Assembly: GCA_951406725.2 (NCBI GenBank)
Contig: OX597823.1
Coordinates: 61,504,001 to 61,568,000 of the forward strand
Direction: 5' to 3'
Source of the DNA: Octopus vulgaris
Lineage: Eukaryota
DNA length: 64,000 nt
Positions 56,425-64,000 of the stretch are shown here, one piece after another (the first letter of the stretch is position 1; each line of letters starts with the position of its first letter). A program made the position numbers and the translations under genes. A model generated the notes under the pieces. It was not told where the DNA came from. It worked only from the letters and a program-made list of their open reading frames with translations, and did not search any database.

Positions 56425-56830
56425 GAAGACAGAAAAAGGAATTCATTCTTGCTGCTCAAGACCAAGGTCTATACACAAGTTCCTGTTCCTCAAAAGTGGA
56501 ACAGGCCCCAAGTGAAGAGTCTGTGATGCCCACAATGAAACAATTAGCCATATAATATTTGGATGCTAGATACAACAGAGCTGGCTAATACATTCACTTG
56601 ACTTCATGCAAAAAGCTTTGGTACTGAACATGCCAACTGCTGGTATAATAAACGCTAACCCAAACCAGTAATTTTGAACTAATGGCGTTACCATCTTTTG
56701 AGATTTTATAGTATATAATGATTGTACAATTAATACCAAATATAATTGTTAAAGACTCCAAAAATAAGACCTACCTATTTATAAATTTGACAATATCATA
56801 TGACAAAAGTGCATCTGTCTAGAATTATGT
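56425..56830 (+). pseudogene. R4/Dong-like (RLE-bearing) LINE fragment
   Basis: EFILAAQDQGLYT; K*RVCDAHNETISHIIFGC zinc knuckle; PNIIVKDSKNKTYLFINLTISYD resembling a decayed PD..D endonuclease motif. Confidence 0.7.
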
Positions 56831-57775
56831 TGGTGAGTGCAAATTCTTCCCAGTATTGTACTGTGTCAGTTTGTTTTGTTATGGAGTCTGGTTGCAAGCT
56901 TTTGTTATATTAGTTTTGTTATATTGTATTCTGAGCTGTGTGTGTAATGTGAGTTGTGTTCTTCTGTTGGGTAACTGGCCTGTTGAAATGTTGGGGGAGG
57001 GGATAAGTCAATTCCATCGACCACAGTATTTATGTTATATTTTTGTTAATAATACTGAGGAAGTGGGTTCACTGTGTAATAGGGTCAACCAGCTTGCATG
57101 TAATAACAGCAGTCAACTTACAGAAACACGTGCATTATATAAAGCATAAAATACTGGTAATATTTACTGTTCATTCATTGATATATATGTGTATATATAG
57201 TGTAATATTTTTAAAAAGGCTAAAAAAATGTGTGTATTTAAATGTGTATCAAAGACAAAATGAAAATAGAGAGAATTTGTGTGCATGTGCTTTGGAAGGA
57301 GAAATTGTATAACATACATAGAATTTCCTGTATTTTCATGTTCTCCCAATATATTTTTCATTGCTCTATTCCAGCTTTTCTTATAGTAGCAGTATATGCT
57401 ATATAATAAATAAAACTACATTGACAGTGTACTTTTGTGGTGTACTTTTGTGGTTGTATGTTTGTTTGTTGACAGGTTTTTTTCAAATCCATTACTAGTT
57501 AATTATTTGGTACCACTTTCTAGTTGTCTCCTTCTCTTTCTCTCTCTCTCTCCTTCACACTTTCTGTCTTTCTCTCTCTCTCTCTCTCTTTCCCCTCTCT
57601 TTCTCTCTCTCTCTCTCTCTCATCTTTTGTTCTGTTGTAAAACTTCAATTGCAATATGAAAACATTATTTCAATAAATTATAATCCATGGCATGTAATGA
57701 GTACTCAATTCAGTTTTCACATATGTATATCTACCTATCGATCTATCCATCTATCTGTCTGTCTGTCTATCTATA

Positions 57776-57826
<51 letters not shown>

Positions 57827-58389
57827 ATCTATCTATCTAGCTATCTATTTATCTATCTATCTACATATCAATCTATATACATATATGTATGCATGCATGT
57901 ATGTATGCATGCATCCATGAATGTATGTATGTAGTATACATGTATGCATGTATGTATGTGTGTATACAACTATTCATAGACATATCAGCGCATTCATATT
58001 ATAAATATGTGTATGCAAACATTATATGTATGTAAATATGTGTCTGTGATTGTGCATGTGTGTGTATGGAAGCATATATATATATAAATATATCTGTTTA
58101 TTAGTCTGGATATATATGTATGTGTCTGTATCTATATGCAATATGTACACAAACACATTATGAAATCTGGTATTATATATGATGGCATATCATATTGATA
58201 TCTGATCACAAATGTCATGATAATGCACGGAATTTTTACATAGAGCTAAGTATAATATATGTTCACAGTTAAACATCTAAATATGAGCTAAATGTAGTGG
58301 AAATAATATATTACAAAAGAAATACTCATACATTTAGATTAGATTTTAACAGTACATGTAATACATACATACATACATACATACATACA

Positions 58390-58423
<34 letters not shown>

Positions 58424-58439
58424 CATATATATATATTCT

Positions 58440-58730
58440 TATTCGTGTTATCATTGTTTTTACGTATTTTTGTATTCTTATTCATGGTAACATCGTCCAT
58501 TTTCCCGTCCTTGTTTTCTATACATTCGAGGCTTTCTTCCAAGGAATCTAATGCGCTTGGCTTAGATTTTCCTTTGGGCTGGCCAGGTTGGAGCAATCTC
58601 AAGATTAATCAGCCGAAATTGCGAGGATGATCCGGTTCTTGACTGAAGATTGAAGGCTTCGAATATCCCGTCCGTGTTTTTTGCATCGTCTTCTAAATGT
58701 TTTGCGTTCTTGTCCCAGTTTGTATTTTTT
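58440..58730. mobile_element. TA-embedded interspersed repeat (family of 14535-14815)
   Basis: Shared conserved block. Confidence 0.75.
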
Positions 58731-58743
58731 TACATATACATAC

Positions 58744-58807
<64 letters not shown>

Positions 58808-58822
58808 GCATATGTATATATA

Positions 58823-59211
58823 TTACAGAGATGTACTTGCATAGCAAGTGACCTTATATGAGATTGTGTGCTGGAACGAAAACAATTGCAGCATGGAAGG
58901 TGTCTATAAGCCATTTAAAAACACACAAAAACCATTAGATTCACTTCAACATTTAAATTTAATTTGGCAAAATATTTTCATCACTTTGAGACCACGAGCT
59001 GATCACTGACAGCATAGAATTTTGTCAGTGATCAGGTCACAGTATCAAAGTCACGAAAATATTTTGGCAAATTAAATTTGAATGTTGAAGTGAATCTAAC
59101 GGTTCTTTTGTGTTTTTAAATGGCTTATAAACACCTTCTATGCTGCAACTGTTTTCGTTCCAGCATATGATCTCAGATCAGGTCACTTGCTATGCAAGTA
59201 CATCTCCGTAA
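58823..59211. mobile_element. ~390-bp palindromic element within (TA)n
   Basis: Arms of ~185 bp are reverse complements around a ~13-nt spacer at 59011-59023. Confidence 0.88.
59024..59068 (+). ncRNA. Minimal hammerhead-like motif (G3-C8 variant); mirror copy on the minus strand at 58966-59010
   Basis: GTCA-GTGATCA-G-GTCAC-AGTATCAAA-GTCAC-GAAA-ATAT-TT-TGGC. Confidence 0.5.
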
Positions 59212-59559
59212 TATATATGTAGATATATATATATATAAAACTCCTTATACATACATACATACAGACAGACTGATAGCTAACTATACATATATACATATAT
59301 ATATGAAAATATACATGTATGTGTATGTATATATATATGTGTGCATGTATATACAGGTCTGTATATGTATGTATGTATGTCTATATATATAAATTTCACA
59401 TATAATTATAATAATAAGGGATTTTGCAACAAGTTGCTTAAACCACATACTGAAAATATTAGAAATAGCAGCCAAAAGACTACTATTTCCCTTTTACTAC
59501 AAAAATAAGTCTCCACAGACAACAATATTTGTAACTCACATATGGCAAAAAAAGAAAAA

Positions 59560-59930
59560 GAGTCCAGCTGAAGCAATAGAAGCATGATAACTTGCCATCT
59601 CCAAAGAAGGCTTGCATCCAACCCTCAACAGACAAGGTGATATTCACAATCTTTTGGGACCAGCATGGAGTAGTAATGATGGATTGTTTGGCAAAGGTCA
59701 CCACAATTAACAGGGCATATTATGTTTCTCTACTGCAGAAATTGTGGGATGCCATCATAGCAGAGAAATGTGGCATGCTGACCAAAGGAGTCTGACTCTT
59801 CCAAGTCAATGTTTCAGTTCACAATGCACATGTTGCCCAGATGAAAGCACACTCCTGCAGCTATGAAATCCTTCCTTATCCCATTTACTCTCCCGACCTC
59901 TTTTCAACCATGAAATCCGTTTTGAAGGAA
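59560..59930 (+). pseudogene. Mariner transposase fragment (irritans/Himar-like)
   Basis: PSPKKACIQPSTDKVIFTIFWDQHGVVMMDCLAKVTTINRAYYVSLLQKL...EILPYPIYSP. Confidence 0.8.
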
Positions 59931-60234
59931 CAGGAACAGCTTGATGTGTTGGTGAACAGTCAATGGCATTGGCGAGCATAATAAAGATTAAAGTTGTAGT
60001 GGAGAAAAAGGTAGCTGACATGGAAGACTGGAAACCATCTGATTATCGGGAAAGAGTTACCAGTATTATGAAGATTCACACCAGCTATCAAAATGCCAAT
60101 ATCATGCCTACTTTTCAATGTTCTATGAACATTGTAAATACTAAGAGATGTGACATGTACAGCTACAACAGAGACTACAAATAAACTCTCTCACACACGC
60201 GCACACACACACACACACACACAGACAGAGCTCC

Positions 60235-61420
60235 TGTAAACATGACAGGTGTTCTGCCATTGAACCAAAGCAATTCTTCAAAGTCTTCTATCCATTTTAG
60301 AACCTTTATTCCTATCAGCAAGAATTGTATGATGTTGATGTCATAAGAATTTAGAAACTTTGAGAAAATTAGATAATTCCTTTGATAAATTCTCCATACC
60401 ATCTGGCCATACCATTTTTTCTTGGGTTTCTTTTGAAGAGTGTGACCATTCATTGACATGCTGGAAAATAGCACTTTTTCTGTTTACCAAATATGGCCAC
60501 TTTTGATGTAAATTTTTCTTGAACAAAGTCAAGTTGTTGGCAATAGACATCTGTATTGATGGTCTTTCCATTTTCCAGTAGCTCATAATGGACGATACCT
60601 TTCATGTTCCATCAAACACAGAGCAAGAGTTTCTGTGGATGGACTTCTGGTTTTGGTGTTTGCACTGTCCTCTCATTACATGATAACCATTGTCTTTTTC
60701 GTTTTCTGTTGTGATGGAAAACCCATTTTTCGTTACCTGTAACAACGTACTGCAGAAATTACTGGTTATTATTCCTGGTTAGAAGACTGCTACAGATGGT
60801 GGAACATTGTGTTTGGTTCTCAATTATAAGCTCATGCGGAACCCAAATTCTTTCCTTGCATATTTCCCCAATTTGCTTGAGATGTTTATAGATAGTTGAA
60901 GACACATTAAATTTATGCACTAATCTCTGGTACTTTGACATGAATCCAATGCAATAGTCTCATTGAAAAGGTCATCATTCAGAGTGGGTCGTCTTCTAGA
61001 ACAAGGCTTGTCGGATATGTCACAATCATTGTCTTTAGCCTCTTCATTACCAACCCGGCTGAAACCGGCTCTAGCTCTGTTGTACAAATGTCTTGTTTTC
61101 ATAAATTTTGAATTAAAATCTTTCACCAAACCTTAGTCACAATTTATGTTCCCAACACTAGCTTAATGATAATGAAGTTATTTTACTAAATTCTTTGTTA
61201 CGCCTAAAATAATTGAAAGAAACACAGAGCATCTCAAAATAAATGCGGTAACGAAAGGGTTAAACCTTTTAAACCACAGCTGATATGTACAAGCTTTCGC
61301 TGCATTTGGATACACATCACAAATGTTTTCATTGCTTCTGTAGCAGTACTTTTCTTTTGAAACTCACACAGTAAACAATGGAAAAATATGTTATTTCATA
61401 AAGTTCTTATCCTGCATGGG
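60235..61420 (-). pseudogene. Degraded mariner transposase interrupted by a piggyBac MITE
   Basis: WFKRF|KDNDCDISDKP, WVPHEL, VTGNEKWVF, KPEVHPQKLLLCV*WNMKGIVHYELLE. Confidence 0.85.
61039..61259. mobile_element. piggyBac-type MITE (copy 2)
   Basis: Matches 11245-11463; ends GTAACGAAAGGG-TTAA. Confidence 0.85.
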
Positions 61421-61697
61421 GTTAATTACCAAAATAACTATGAATGACATACTACCAGACAGAAGAGATGATATACTATTTCTAGACAGTTCCTGCCCAT
61501 TTAACCTTGGCTCATATGTGATTGGTTGATTCATATTTCATAGTGGTGCAAAAATGTATACACACACACACAAACACATATGTATATATGCATGTATGTA
61601 TGTACAGATACAAATACATCAATAATTGCATACACACACATACATATACCCAAGTATACATACATGCGTGAGTGTGTGTGTGTGTGTGTGAGTGTGT

Positions 61698-61782
<85 letters not shown>

Positions 61783-62172
61783 TGTGTGTATGTGTGTGTG
61801 TGTGGTGTGTAAGTATTGTATGAGCAAATGGTTAGGAAGTTCACTTCACAACCACAAGTTCTAGGGTTCAAAATACAGTGTGTCATTTTGATTATATGCT
61901 ATGTTCCATAACCCCAGATGAACCCATATCTTTTTAGCGAAACAGGGCAAGTGGAAACTGCATAGAAGCTATGCTTGATGGATTGTAACTGTACTTCAAA
62001 ATGTACAGTCTTGTCACAGACCGATTCTGTCAAAGAATTATGTTAAGGTTACACATATTTGTTGAATGCTTAGTCAATTACAAGTTAATTCAATAGTGGG
62101 TAACTAAGTTGATTAAATAACTGAATCCTGATCTTTAAACGATAGAGACTACCATCATTGGCATCACCATGA

Positions 62173-62330
62173 TGAGGTGGCTGTGTGATAAGAAGCTTGC
62201 TTCCCAATCACATGGTTCTGTGTTCAGTACTTCTGTGTGATACTTTGGGCAAGTGTTTTCTGCTGTAGCTTCTGGTCAGCCAAAGTCTTGTGCGTGGATT
62301 CATTAGATGGAAATTGAAAGAAGCCTGTCA
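62173..62330 (+). mobile_element. SINE family A, 5' half
   Basis: Diverged match. Confidence 0.78.
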
Positions 62331-62343
62331 TATATATGTGTGT

Positions 62344-62388
<45 letters not shown>

Positions 62389-62463
62389 TGTATATATGTG
62401 TGTGTGTGTGTGTATACACATATATATACACACACACATATATTTATATACATATATATAGAG

Positions 62464-62512
<49 letters not shown>

Positions 62513-62589
62513 TAGATACATGCATACACACACACTCACACACATGGTGGCCATCCACTCGTGGCCAAGGAAAACCATTACTGACCTTT

Positions 62590-63670
62590 AGGAAAACTGT
62601 GTGCTCAAGACTACCTTATACTTTACACCTGCAGCTATGATTATACTAATGAGCCCTGCTCTTAACAAACATACACGACTGCAAACATTGCAAACCAAGC
62701 TTTCCATATTCATTACACTGGCAATGCATTTTTGAGCAGCACGCTTAAAATTCTTCATGAAGAATACATACTCTTTCAAAGGTATCGGCTCTCACCTTTA
62801 TCTGTTTCCTCCATTTGTGATGATGACAAGCATCACTCTCCCAGTCAACCTCCAGCATTTCACAGGCCTTTAATGAGGACTTTACACAGTCCTTATATCA
62901 CAGTCTTGGCTTCTGGTGGGGTCGCTTACCACAAACAAGTTCCCCATATAGCATCTGTTTAGGGATCCTGCTATCATTCATTCTAACAAGGTGTGCAGTC
63001 CAATGTAACCGGTGTTTGTGTACCATTGCCTCAATACTCAGGATATTGGCTTTCCTCAGGACCTGTGTATCTGGAGTTTTTAAGGTCCAGCCAACATTTA
63101 GAATATGTCTCAGGTATATCTGATGGAAGCATTCAAGGACCTTTACATGATCTTTGTAAAGTATCCATGTCTAACATGAGTAAAGGAGTGATATCAGTAC
63201 ACATGCACAGTACAGAGCAATTTTTGTTCACTTTGTGATGCTATATTCGGACCAGACATGAGACCCAAGAGACCTGAAGGAATCAGTTGCTCTCGACAGC
63301 CTGAAAGATCTTTCATCATCCAGGAAGCAAGAACGGTTGAGTGTGCTTCCTAGGTAGACAAACTTGTCTACCACTTTCAGTATTGTTCCTTTAACCAAAA
63401 TAGCTGGTTCCACATATGGGTTTCCTGATGCAGGCTGGAACATTACAACAGTCTTGTCCAGGCTAATGCTGAGTCCAAATGCTTTGTAAGAAGCAGAAAT
63501 ATGATTCACAAGTATTTGCATACCATCCACTGTATGAGTGACTAAGTCACAGTCATCTGCATAAAGGAGGTCATGAATAAGAGACTGGAAAACTTTTGAA
63601 TTGGCAGCAAATCAACACAGGTTAAAAAGATGGTCAGAAAATTGATACCTAACATATATCCCAAGAGACC
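62590..63670 (-). pseudogene. Degraded RTE/BovB-like LINE RT fragment
   Basis: DLLYADDCDL...FGLSISLDKTVVMFQP...VVDKFVYLGSTL; C-terminal CNVCSRVC; stops and deletions. Confidence 0.85.
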
Positions 63671-63694
63671 TGTCCACATACATACATACAAACG

Positions 63695-64000
63695 TATGTG
63701 TTTGAGTTTGTATTTGCCCCACCATCACCACCACCACCAGCATTTGACAACCAGTGTTGGTTTGTTTAGGTCCCTGTAACCTGGTAGCTTGTCAAAAAGA
63801 GATTAATAGTATATGTACCAGACTTCAAATGAAAATAAGTACTGGGTTGATTTATTTGACTAAGCCCTCAATGGTGATTCTCCATCATGGCTGCAGTTCA
63901 ATGACTTAAACAAGCAAAAGATAAAACATACATATCATCATGGTCATCATCGTTTAATGTCCACTTTCCATGCTAGCATGGTTTGGGCACGGTTTGACTG
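63695..64000. mobile_element. SINE family A 3' half (+) followed by an RTE-type 3' tail (-)
   Basis: TTGACAACC...CATGGCTGCAG; then CATCATCGTTTAATGTCCACTTTCCATGCTAGCATGG. Confidence 0.75.

Noticed and set aside
58640-58675. CTGAAGA...GAAT hammerhead-like string
   Set aside because: No stable helix II, no GAAA, and the core is not conserved in the 14.7-kb copy

Overview
AT-rich eukaryotic genomic DNA saturated with microsatellites. The SINE and LINE families look like those of an octopod cephalopod, but that is my recognition, not a database result. No intact multi-exon host gene can be assembled, and nearly all listed ORFs are translations of simple repeats. The window is a mosaic of transposon relics: two abundant tRNA-type SINE families, a 5'-truncated RTE-clade LINE, further RTE/BovB and R4-like LINE fragments, several Tc1/mariner relics (including a DD37D/maT copy), non-autonomous Helitrons, a Helentron-type (HINE) element, and piggyBac- and hAT-type MITEs. 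The most notable signal is a set of unrelated short repeats, mostly embedded in (TA)n and often palindromic, that each carry a type I hammerhead-ribozyme fold. One has a fully canonical core (35570-35628), and across families the core 3-8 base pair covaries (C-G, U-A, G-C). This points to diversified, ribozyme-bearing non-autonomous retroelements of Penelope-like or retrozyme type. One candidate first coding exon (+, 6012-6043) and a few unique non-repeat islands may belong to a host gene. All folds and alignments were done by eye and repeat boundaries are approximate.
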